Shown piece by piece: positions 16,601 through 24,348 of a DNA stretch of 24,348 nt. Source of the stretch: a virus (lineage: Duplodnaviria > Caudoviricetes); IMG/VR virus record IMGVR_UViG_3300022822_000082, positions 1 through 24,348 of that record; one strand, given 5' to 3'. Made by a program: the position numbers and the translations under genes. The number at the start of each line of letters is the position of its first letter. The stretch's first letter is position 1. Below the pieces are notes generated by a model, which did not search any database, was not told where the DNA came from, and saw only the letters and a program-made list of their open reading frames with translations.

Positions 16601-18628
16601 GTGTGATACATCCCAAACTAAGGCATCAATAATTTGCCCCATATCTCTTTCACACTTTCCTGGAGCTGGATCAGTAAATCCTGCCCATATTCCAGTTCCT
16701 CCTGAAATCTGTGCTTCTTTCCACCCATCAGCTTCTGCTGCAAGAAATCCTCTATTTAATTCAAGTAATGTTCTAGTATTAGGACGCAACGGTCCCTTTT
16801 CTACTTGTTCAGCAGCATAACGTATTGTTTTCCAAGGTTGGTCTAAAGTAGTGCCATATATCGGTGCAACACTGTCAGATCCTTTGTCTGTAGAAACATA
16901 ATAAACGTGATTTACAGCGCCTAAAAATGCCCATTCTGGTGTTGTTCCTGCGCTATTGACTCTTAAGATTTGTCCCGGTAACCCAATGTCTAATCTAGTA
17001 GCACCTGCGCCGCCATAATACACTATGTCGCCTTGAGTAGTTAATACTGCGGCTTCAGGGCCTGCTGCTAATATGTTCCAGTTAATCCCGGTATTATCTT
17101 GATCAGGACGATTTTGGGCTACTGTAAGATCTGAAGTATGTTCTAGAATACAAATATAACTACTATCGCCGTATCTAACTGCGTCGCCTTGATCGTAGTA
17201 TGTTGCGTCAACCCAAGCATTATTCCATTCAATGCCAGTATTTAATCTTTCCCAATATGTACCGTTTGGTGGGCGGTTACCTGTAGTAGCTATTTTAGCT
17301 AGATATGTCCAACCGCCTACTTGAACTACATCACCTACTTTGTACGCAGTTGCATTATTATAACTACCTTGATTGCTGAATCCAGTAGTAAATAAGTCCC
17401 AGTCAGTTGTATTAGTTGATGGTTCAGTTTGCCCTACGTTATTTGTTTTTGCAATATAGCTATATCCGCCGTATGTTACAACATCACCTGGTTGGTAAGC
17501 AGTTGCACCGCTCCATGAATCTTCAAATTCTAGACCTTCAACAAATTGTGCCCAGTTAGCTTCATCAGCAGCAAAAGTAGCTTGACTAGTATGGAACGTT
17601 GTACAAATCCAGACGCCACCGCCGTATTTTACAACGTCATTAATTTTATAACGTAACGCATTGGTCCAGTCACCTAGATACTCAATACCTTTATGGAAAT
17701 AATCCCATTTAGATTGATCTGCTTCTAATCCATCTGCCGTTGTTGCAGCACTATTGTGGCCTTGATTACATATGTAAACTTGTCCGCCGTATTTTACGAT
17801 GTCGTTAACTCGATATCTAATTGCAGTATCCCAATTAGATTTCCATTCTACACCTTTTGAAAATATTTGCCATTTAGTCTGATCTTCTTCAAGTCCGTTT
17901 GAAGTGTCGGCATTACTTGTGTGTTCTTCAACACAAATATAACTAGTAGAATTATATTTTACAATATCGTTAATTTTATAACGTGTTGATATTTGCCAGT
18001 CGGACTTGTAATCAAATCCTTCTGCATATAAATTCCATTTATCATCTATAGTTGCAACAACAAACGTTAAATTAGCACCGCCGCCTGCGCCCAGTTGTGC
18101 ATCAGTTAATGTAAGCGTATCACCAATATTATATAGCGAACCGCCACTTGTTATGCTAATAGTAACTGCGCCAGTGCCGCTTACTGTTGCACTAACTCGT
18201 GCGCCTACACCAATGCCATTAGTAGCAGGAGTTAATACTGTATATGTACCTGCTGTTCTAGCTGCATCAGCTGCACTAATTGTGCCAACTGTTAATATTG
18301 CGCCGTTGTTTATTTCTAAACCATTAGCAAGAGATACATTACTAGTATGGGCTACAGTTGCAATATACAAATTGCCACCATACTTTACAACATCGTTTTC
18401 CTTATAATAAGTAGCAACAGTCCAATTGGATTTCCACTCTTGACCGTCACTGGTTTTATTCCATTGTGATAATGCGTCTGTTGGAAAGTCTGACGAACTC
18501 GTGTATCCATTTATACATACATACGTGTTTCCGCCATTCCTTACAACATCGTCTTTGTAATACACCGTTGATGATGCCCAATTGCCTTTCCAGACAAATC
18601 TAATTCTACCTAATTTAAACTCAGCCAT
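13601..18628 (-). CDS. Giant tail fibre/spike protein B (1675 aa)
   Basis: Eight Trp/Tyr repeats; pectate-lyase-like beta-helix entry motif YYVSTDKGSD...PWKTIRYA...IFVKTG...GDELRST; KSPYVQN...NDFTQ; C-terminal GGRVFYTSTDQDGNFRVG. GGAG RBS. Confidence 0.85.
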   Translation of the reverse strand: MAEFKLGRIRFVWKGNWASSTVYYKDDVVRNGGNTYVCINGYTSSSDFPTDALSQWNKTSDGQEWKSNWTVATYYKENDVVKYGGNLYIATVAHTSNVSLANGLEINNGAILTVGTISAADAARTAGTYTVLTPATNGIGVGARVSATVSGTGAVTISITSGGSLYNIGDTLTLTDAQLGAGGGANLTFVVATIDDKWNLYAEGFDYKSDWQISTRYKINDIVKYNSTSYICVEEHTSNADTSNGLEEDQTKWQIFSKGVEWKSNWDTAIRYRVNDIVKYGGQVYICNQGHNSAATTADGLEADQSKWDYFHKGIEYLGDWTNALRYKINDVVKYGGGVWICTTFHTSQATFAADEANWAQFVEGLEFEDSWSGATAYQPGDVVTYGGYSYIAKTNNVGQTEPSTNTTDWDLFTTGFSNQGSYNNATAYKVGDVVQVGGWTYLAKIATTGNRPPNGTYWERLNTGIEWNNAWVDATYYDQGDAVRYGDSSYICILEHTSDLTVAQNRPDQDNTGINWNILAAGPEAAVLTTQGDIVYYGGAGATRLDIGLPGQILRVNSAGTTPEWAFLGAVNHVYYVSTDKGSDSVAPIYGTTLDQPWKTIRYAAEQVEKGPLRPNTRTLLELNRGFLAAEADGWKEAQISGGTGIWAGFTDPAPGKCERDMGQIIDALVWDVSHGGNSRIRDSAVSYFSEGTLLPVIEAEDEQTVAVINYLLSIIDRVISNLAPDTAYSALNQVIDANYVEEVGSQALIDTLVAIITQSITAGVPTGIPAERKPQNSIFVKTGEFAEVLPIIVPENTAVIGDELRSTRIVAAGSLVDVADTPYSLDALARLQTIISDIVTNAAVSKTTGNAQNQVTTAPDGSAAAGTFATELVQQIYDYIDYGVNGVTGDSTVPLTYGTNTPNTTTNYTYAVESIEVNRAFIVAEIMAYIADAYPSYVYSQAACSRDINAYLDAIKYDLIYTGNYKSLLSAKYYVNAVNGSTLEDMFYLRNGTGLRNCTIAGLNGTLGAANAYGTQRPTAGAYTSLDAGWGPDDTRVWITNKSPYVQNVTTFGTGCVGCKIDGSLHNGGNDSIVSNDFTQILSDGIGVWCTNLARTELVSVFSYYGHIGYLAENGGKIRATNGNSSYGGFGTVAEGVDDTEIPITGTVNNYSFQAIVSDVFTNGNEILVFEYLNAGVNYTPGATSFTVSGEGFGAVVGATNVVNGSVYEVRLLDTADNFGGADYVSATNASQAGTATQITLSNTDIAQSGVYNGMAVFIKSGVGAGQYAYIDAYNSGTKIATVKKMSDDSAGWDHLIPGTAIETTLDSTTTYIVEPRITFTAPPSALYSDTAKGRAVVEAGQIARIQLWDPGFGYSSAPTLTITDPNNTVDAPTQVRIGDGVLTQPTWTNRGTSFTSASAIVSGDGYADLYQPGQFIRVNNLSLAPLAGSNITFSSLPGQFFRLVSVRDLVPVGDKFSANFQLAPDITITDALEHAAAVELIIRYSQVRLTGHDFLDIGTGNFANSNYPGIPLTPPDATKETNDHGGGRVFYTSTDQDGNFRVGELFSVEQSTGVATLNADAFNITGLNELSLGNLSLGGTGAVINEFSTDGTFVANSDNIVPTQKAIKTYITSQIGGGAATLNVNSITAGRIEISGQQITTTTGEQINILQKVNFARGVDGVPVALNYFLLS
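17065..18595 (-). repeat. Eight ~50-aa W-x5-Y-x3-D-V-V-x-Y-x-G repeats (CBM5/12-like)
   Basis: For example WQISTRYKINDIVKYNSTSYIC, WDTAIRYRVNDIVKYGGQVYIC and WSGATAYQPGDVVTYGGYSYIA. Confidence 0.8.
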
Positions 18629-18652
18629 TTAATGCTCCAACTTTTATATTAA

Positions 18653-18660
18653 TATTTATC
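18653..18660 (-). promoter_or_regulatory. Putative late promoter (GATAAATA)
   Basis: NATAAATA in the 38-nt intergenic gap, about 25 nt upstream of ATG 18628. Confidence 0.55.
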
Positions 18661-18666
18661 ATTTTT

Positions 18667-21600
18667 TTATTCTATTCCAAACACAGATCCAGATGCATAA
18701 AACTGGCTTGCCAAATAATGTCCTGTTATGCCGTTTTTTAAATTTGCTTTTACTGGTATATTAATTTGGAGATCTGATGTAGATGTAATCGACGTAGTGT
18801 CTATTTGCACTTGCCCTGCTATTAGTCTGTTAGTATTCGCGCTTGAGCCACCACCTAAAATTCTAGAATTTAAGTAAGTTATAATTGCTTTTTGCGTTGG
18901 AGCAATGTTATTACTATTTGCAATAAATGTTGCTTCTTTACTAAACTCTTTAATAACAACTGTGCTGCCTCCAACTTGAATCCCTCCTAAACTTAGTTCT
19001 GTTAGACCAGATAAGTTAAATTGCGATGCGTTGATACTTACGATACCAGTGTTCTGTTCAACCTGAAAAAGTTCTCCAACTCGGAAGTTTCCATCTTGGT
19101 CAGTACTTGTATAGAATACTCGTCCGCCATTTGATGCAACTGTTTCGTTAAACGGTTGTCTTGGGGTTTCTGAACTTTCACCTTCTAAGTATAGCTGAGG
19201 ATAACGAGTCGAATTAAAGCCGCCTGTTCCGATGTCTAAGAAGTCATGACCAGTTAGTCTAACTTGACTATACTCTTCTCTAATTGTTATTGCTGTATTG
19301 TGGTCTGGTGATTCGTCTATAGCAATGGGCGGCGTTATTTGTAATATTGCATTATACGGACCCGCACCGGTTGACGAAATTATCGATGAAACACTGTATT
19401 GAACGTCATCAATTCCTACAATATTTAAGTTGTCGCCTGTGCCAGGAAGTCTTATTAGCCCCGAAACTGCTATTTTAGTGTTAAGTTGATAAATGTCGGC
19501 ATATCCGTCACCTGTTATTTGAGCAGTAGCAGTAAAATATCCAGTTCCTCGATTAGTCATTTCTGGCTGAGTAAGAACACCGTCGGCTATTCTTACCAAT
19601 AGTGCTGCATCTAAAGTATTTAGGTTATCAGTTATAGTTACTATAGGTGCTGTAGAATAATTACTGCCAGCGTCATAAATTATAATGCTACTAATTCTAC
19701 TAGAGATAACTGTTGTTCTTAAAACCGGTCTAGCACCTGTTGCTATTTTGTTAGTTATCCCGTCACCGGCTGACCCAGTTTGTGAATTCATTAATAAAAA
19801 CTGTGCCGTACTTGGAATATACACACTAGATTGCCAAGAGCCAGATTGTGTAGCGGTATACACTGTACTGCCTTCGTCAGTAATTTTCCAAATATCAGCT
19901 CCTTGAGATATTGCTAATTGTGTTGGAGCTCCTGATGCTAAGAATACACCAGCGCCGTATGCTATTCTGTTTAGAGTTTCAGCTGATTCTATTACTGATT
20001 CGTACCAGCTAATTCCGTCAAAGCTTCTAGCAACAATGTTATCAGTAGTAGATATTGCTACATATACTCCGTTTCCGTAAGTAACATCATTCCATGCTCT
20101 TGCACTTACTGCTGATACTGTTGTTGTCCAAGATGTTCCATTATTTGTTGAGTGAGCAACACTTCCGTTATCTCCAACAATAACATACTTTCCAAGGCCA
20201 TACATTACTTTACCTGCAATCGCTGTTGATGTATCGGCGCCTGGATAAGTTGCGTAGTTAGATCCACCGTGATTAGTCATTACACGAACAGCTCCGTTAT
20301 CTTGGACTAACACAATAGTTCCAGCGCCGTCGGTGGCTGCGCTTGCCCAAGTTCTGCCTGCCGGAGCATCTACTCCGCCGGAAAATACTAAAGGAGCAGC
20401 ACTTGAAGTCATCTTAAATGATGTATCTGCTAATACAAGATACTGTTGTCCAGTGTATAGTACATCTATTATAGTAGAACCGCCTGCAAACTGAGGCGAG
20501 TAGCTGCTGGTAGACCAATTTGATCCAGCGTCTGTGCTGTATGCATATTCATTATATGATCCATTTGCATCTGTAAGTGCCGATGCTGTCATAAGAGTGT
20601 CTCCGCCATTGGATGTAATGTATGTCCAAGGAGATACATTTGGCGATGATTGAGATGTAACATTAAATGCTGGCTCTTCTGCCGTTATTCTTGGTTCTAT
20701 CGAATATCTAGTTGATTGATCTAATACTGCTTCTATTGGCCATCCTGGTAAGAAGTGATCCCACCCTGCTGTACCATCAGTTTCTTTGCTTACTAAACAA
20801 AGTTTTGAAGTTGCATCAAACGCAGTTATTTCTCCGTATTGTCCTACACCTAAGCCACTTATAATAACTACGCGCTGTCCTATATAAAGTTCTTGTGTTC
20901 CTATGTCTGCTTGTGATAAAAATATTGTGAATTGATTACCTTCTTGTGCAGAGTTTACTATTTTAGTATAATTTAATCCACCTGGAATAGAAGAGTCTCC
21001 CAGAGCAGTAACCCTTATTTGAGATATTGCATCATTTCTAACTTCATTAATTACTCCTGCTGCATTAACACCAGATCCAGCAAATGCTATATTAGCACTT
21101 GTGTATTGCTCACCTGCAGATGAATATCCTAACGCAATAATTTTTTGTTCTGTAGTTCCGTATGTAAATATTTCTTCTACTTGTGCTTCTAAACTTCTAT
21201 TGTTTATAACCGCACCAATTGGTACTTCTTGTAAATTAAATCCTTCTGCAACTGATCCGTATTCTCCATAAGAATTATTACCATTAGTTGCTCGAAGTAT
21301 TCCGCCATTTTCTGCTAGATATCCAATATGATTATAATACGTGAACACAGATACTAGCTCTGATCTACCTAAGTTTGTTGCCCAGTATCCAATGCCGTCA
21401 CTTAGTATTTGGGTAAAGTCGTTAGCAACAGCTGATCTATTGCCGCCGCCATGTAATGCTCCATCAATTTTCATACCAATACAACCGGTTCCAAAGGTAC
21501 TTACATTTTGTATATACGGTGATTTAGAAATAATCCAAACAGATTGATCAGATACTCCTGTGCCTGGATCTAAGCTAACAAATGCTCCTGCGCTTGGACG

Positions 21601-23832
21601 TTTTGTAAGATACTCATTAGCTACGCCCAAAGTGCCTGACAAGCCCTGTAGCGTCATATTTCTAATGCCGCTGCCGTTATTTACATAAAACATGTTAACT
21701 TCTTCATACCCGACTGCTGGTACAATTACTGTACTGCGTAACTCGTCGCCAACTAATGCACAATTTCTAGGAACTTTAATAGGAGTTAGTTCTTCGTAAT
21801 AACCTGTCTTAATAAAAATAGTACTTTGCGTTGTATTATCAATATTTTCTTGGACATATTCGCATGCATATTTTACTGTTTTAAACGGAGCGTTTGGTTG
21901 TATGCCGGCTGTTGGTATATCAATACCGTCAGTTGATACATAAAATACGTTATCAATTGTTGCATACGCTGCCCATGATATATCTGCAGAAGTAGCTTTT
22001 AATGCACTTCCTGGAGTACTAATTCCTAATCTAACATCAGCTGCTGTGTTACGAGTTTTGATATCTCCCTGAGTAGTTAATACGTTACTTGGAGAGCCTT
22101 GTATTAATATTACCCAATACGTATCAGTATTGCCTACATCTGTTGTAGGAACAGTTGCTGCAACAGACGAATTGTGACTTAGTATACATTGATATGCAGT
22201 TCCCGCAATAGTAGTTACATCTCCTAAATAATAGGTGTTAGTATTATACCAGTCTGATCTCCATTGGGATCCTGTTGTCAATAACTGCCATTCAGTTGGA
22301 TTTGTATTTGGTGCAACTCCTAGATTATCAATTATTGCAACATATAAATATCCACTTTCTCTAATTACATCACCAGTAAGATATAGAGTTGCAGTATTAT
22401 AATCGCCAAGGTGTCTGTAACCAGTAGTTAATACTTCCCATGCGCCTGTATCTTGGAGGATGCCGTTTATACTAGGTACAGTTGCTGTGTTTGTAGTAAT
22501 TGCCGTATAACTGTAGCCGCCATATAGTACAATATCACCTTGCTGATATTCTATTGATATATCCCATCTTGATTCGAATTCAAAGCCGGGAACATATACT
22601 GCCCATTTTGCTGAATCAGTTCTAAAAAGTACTGATGAGGTATAAGCAACTGTTGCTATCCATAATGTTCCGCCATATTTTACAACATCGTTAAGTTTAT
22701 ATCGTGTAGCAATCGTCCATTCATTTTTATATTCGAGAACACTATTTACAATTTCCCAGTTATTTTGATCTTCTTCTAGTCCAAGTACTGTTGAATTGTC
22801 ACTAGTGTGTTGAAGTATACAACGGTATACTATACCTCCATATTTTACTAGGTCATCAGCTATGTATCTTGTGAAGGTAGTCCAGTTACCTCTCCAATTG
22901 TCTGTTTTAGATACAATTGTCCATTTTGTCTGATCACGTTCTAACCCTAAAAATGCAACACTAGCTGACGTATGCAATTGGCTGCAAATATACGTAGTAC
23001 CGTTATATCTAACTACATCACCAAGTGAATAACTAGTAGCAATAGTCCATAAATTTAGCCAGTTATACGTAGTCGCATGTAGTGTCCAATATATAGTATC
23101 AGTTACTAATCCTGGATGCGCCGAAACGTTTGATGTATGAGAATCTATACATCTATAAATATATCCGTGAAATTTTACTATTGCGTCCTTAGGATAAAAC
23201 GTAGCAGGAGTCCAATCACTTTTCCACGTGTAACCGTCAAACATTAATTCCCAGTAAGAAGAATAATCAATACGAATATTGTTACCCATATCTAATTCAT
23301 TGGTACTAAAATAATACAATTCTTGTATATTATCAGAAATCGTAATTCGAAAGTTTCTAGATGATGATGTTGCAAAGTCAGCAAGATACTGAGTTCTAGT
23401 AACTATCTGATCATTCAAAAAATATACTACATTAGTGTCGTATATTTGGCCGCCATTAAGTGTGCCATTTTTAGTAGCACTAAATAATAACGGATGAACA
23501 CTTTCGCCAAACGTAGTATTAGATACCAAAGTTTGATCAAATATATAAGTGTTTCCTTTTCTTAATTTTAATGTTGGAGTTTCAACACCATCAAAATAAA
23601 ACATACCATGTAATTTAGAAGTTAACGTGTCACTTCCAACAGTTACTACAATAGTTTGTATAGGAGCAACGTCTTTGTCATTATAAAAGTCAACAGCTGA
23701 AGACGTGTGACCTTCTAAACATACAAATGCCTTACCTTCATAATATATAATATCATCTTTAGTATATGAAGATGCAGTACTCCAAGTACCTTTCCACTTA
23801 AATCTAATTCTGTCTAAATTAAAATCTGCCAT
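18667..23832 (-). CDS. Giant tail fibre/spike protein A (1721 aa), paralogue of 13601..18628
   Basis: Same architecture as protein B (MADFNLDRIRFKWKGTW vs MAEFKLGRIRFVWKGNW; identical SQVRLTGHDFLDIGTG and GGRVFYTSTDQDGNFRVGELF), plus a cupredoxin-like insert and an Asp-box propeller insert. Confidence 0.85.
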   Translation of the reverse strand: MADFNLDRIRFKWKGTWSTASSYTKDDIIYYEGKAFVCLEGHTSSAVDFYNDKDVAPIQTIVVTVGSDTLTSKLHGMFYFDGVETPTLKLRKGNTYIFDQTLVSNTTFGESVHPLLFSATKNGTLNGGQIYDTNVVYFLNDQIVTRTQYLADFATSSSRNFRITISDNIQELYYFSTNELDMGNNIRIDYSSYWELMFDGYTWKSDWTPATFYPKDAIVKFHGYIYRCIDSHTSNVSAHPGLVTDTIYWTLHATTYNWLNLWTIATSYSLGDVVRYNGTTYICSQLHTSASVAFLGLERDQTKWTIVSKTDNWRGNWTTFTRYIADDLVKYGGIVYRCILQHTSDNSTVLGLEEDQNNWEIVNSVLEYKNEWTIATRYKLNDVVKYGGTLWIATVAYTSSVLFRTDSAKWAVYVPGFEFESRWDISIEYQQGDIVLYGGYSYTAITTNTATVPSINGILQDTGAWEVLTTGYRHLGDYNTATLYLTGDVIRESGYLYVAIIDNLGVAPNTNPTEWQLLTTGSQWRSDWYNTNTYYLGDVTTIAGTAYQCILSHNSSVAATVPTTDVGNTDTYWVILIQGSPSNVLTTQGDIKTRNTAADVRLGISTPGSALKATSADISWAAYATIDNVFYVSTDGIDIPTAGIQPNAPFKTVKYACEYVQENIDNTTQSTIFIKTGYYEELTPIKVPRNCALVGDELRSTVIVPAVGYEEVNMFYVNNGSGIRNMTLQGLSGTLGVANEYLTKRPSAGAFVSLDPGTGVSDQSVWIISKSPYIQNVSTFGTGCIGMKIDGALHGGGNRSAVANDFTQILSDGIGYWATNLGRSELVSVFTYYNHIGYLAENGGILRATNGNNSYGEYGSVAEGFNLQEVPIGAVINNRSLEAQVEEIFTYGTTEQKIIALGYSSAGEQYTSANIAFAGSGVNAAGVINEVRNDAISQIRVTALGDSSIPGGLNYTKIVNSAQEGNQFTIFLSQADIGTQELYIGQRVVIISGLGVGQYGEITAFDATSKLCLVSKETDGTAGWDHFLPGWPIEAVLDQSTRYSIEPRITAEEPAFNVTSQSSPNVSPWTYITSNGGDTLMTASALTDANGSYNEYAYSTDAGSNWSTSSYSPQFAGGSTIIDVLYTGQQYLVLADTSFKMTSSAAPLVFSGGVDAPAGRTWASAATDGAGTIVLVQDNGAVRVMTNHGGSNYATYPGADTSTAIAGKVMYGLGKYVIVGDNGSVAHSTNNGTSWTTTVSAVSARAWNDVTYGNGVYVAISTTDNIVARSFDGISWYESVIESAETLNRIAYGAGVFLASGAPTQLAISQGADIWKITDEGSTVYTATQSGSWQSSVYIPSTAQFLLMNSQTGSAGDGITNKIATGARPVLRTTVISSRISSIIIYDAGSNYSTAPIVTITDNLNTLDAALLVRIADGVLTQPEMTNRGTGYFTATAQITGDGYADIYQLNTKIAVSGLIRLPGTGDNLNIVGIDDVQYSVSSIISSTGAGPYNAILQITPPIAIDESPDHNTAITIREEYSQVRLTGHDFLDIGTGGFNSTRYPQLYLEGESSETPRQPFNETVASNGGRVFYTSTDQDGNFRVGELFQVEQNTGIVSINASQFNLSGLTELSLGGIQVGGSTVVIKEFSKEATFIANSNNIAPTQKAIITYLNSRILGGGSSANTNRLIAGQVQIDTTSITSTSDLQINIPVKANLKNGITGHYLASQFYASGSVFGIE
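19740..20680 (-). repeat. Asp-box/BNR repeats (probable beta-propeller)
   Basis: YSTDAGSNW, MTNHGGSNY, HSTNNGTSW, RSFDGISW and ISQGADIW fit S-x-D-x-G-x-x-W. Confidence 0.7.
22110..23800 (-). repeat. Eight Trp/Tyr CBM5/12-like repeats, collinear with those of protein B
   Basis: For example WTIATSYSLGDVVRYNGTTYIC and WTIATRYKLNDVVKYGGTLWIA. Repeat 6 has YGGYSY and repeat 7 starts with Y in both paralogues. Confidence 0.8.
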
Positions 23833-23843
23833 TTTTTACTCTC

Positions 23844-24218
23844 TTATAATCCGTTTGATGATGAATTTTCATCATATGTATAATTTTGATTTATCCTTAC
23901 AACCAATTCGCCTTCGGCGTTAACATAGTAAAGAACGTTCCTGTTATCCCAGTGGAATTGCTCATAGTTTAAGTTTTTGTAAACTAGATTGTGATTTACA
24001 TCACGTCCTTCAAGAAAGTCCTGGCCTTCACTAAAATTTTTAAAGTTATCTGCTGGGTCACCAGATTTATTTATTGTAATTGAATCCGTTGATTTTAACT
24101 GGTCTGCTTTTGCAATAAACAATTCGCCGTTGTCTGTTCTGCGTAACCCATAAAAGAATCGATCCTGTACTGATCCGTATATATGATCTGGTGTAAATCC
24201 TGTGTAATTTGCTGACAT
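23844..24218 (-). CDS. Hypothetical phage protein (probably structural)
   Basis: 124 aa with AAGGA RBS; tightly packed between flanking genes. Confidence 0.7.
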   Translation of the reverse strand: MSANYTGFTPDHIYGSVQDRFFYGLRRTDNGELFIAKADQLKSTDSITINKSGDPADNFKNFSEGQDFLEGRDVNHNLVYKNLNYEQFHWDNRNVLYYVNAEGELVVRINQNYTYDENSSSNGL

Positions 24219-24229
24219 ATCTTTATTCC

Positions 24230-24348
24230 TTATACAATATCTACGTAACTTATAACTACGTCTAATGCTTCATCTTGATCAGCAACTAGATACAATTGAT
24301 TTGTTGGAGCAAGTATTAATTTTTCGCCTGCTGCTAGTGCATGCAAAC
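24230..24348 (-). CDS. 3' end of a small structural protein (5'-truncated)
   Basis: Manual translation ...LHALAAGEKLILAPTNQLYLVADQDEALDVVISYVDIV*, similar in pattern to the C-terminus of 13267..13587. Confidence 0.7.
   Translation of the reverse strand, partial: LHALAAGEKLILAPTNQLYLVADQDEALDVVISYVDIV

Noticed and set aside
13995-19128. Diversity-generating retroelement TR/VR pair
   Set aside because: The repeat is only 50 nt with one mismatch, lies in a conserved motif of both genes, and there is no reverse transcriptase in the window.
1764-21547. All plus-strand ORFs in the supplied track
   Set aside because: They are antisense shadows of long minus-strand genes: Pro/Val/Ala-rich mirror translations with no recognisable motifs.
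1-24348. CRISPR array, tRNA/rRNA, IS element or stop-codon reassignment
   Set aside because: No regularly spaced DNA repeats, RNA-gene signatures or transposase were seen. Genes tile the strand under the standard code and end in TAA.

Overview
AT-rich, gene-dense window from a large tailed (T4-like/jumbo-type) bacteriophage, covering the virion tail/fibre region. Every credible gene is on the minus strand. In transcription order: a truncated small structural ORF; a 124-aa hypothetical; two giant tandem paralogous fibre/spike proteins (1721 and 1675 aa); two small adaptor-type proteins; three tandem Gly/Cys-rich paralogues (27-30 Cys each); an acidic chaperone-like protein; a GT9-like glycosyltransferase overlapping a NodU/CmcH carbamoyltransferase; two more structural-type ORFs; and a >1690-aa protein (5074 to <1) that is missing from the supplied ORF track. 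Highlights: (1) phycobiliprotein-like helical modules carrying the bilin-attachment C-x-R-D motif inserted into virion proteins, one apparently circularly permuted; (2) a candidate fibre-tip modification cassette (Cys-rich trio + glycosyltransferase + carbamoyltransferase); (3) an ~80-nt RNA hairpin that sequesters the RBS and start of the glycosyltransferase and contains a late-promoter-like motif; (4) nested domain insertions and a gene-conversion-like tract between paralogues. All family assignments are by-eye motif recognition; no searches were run.
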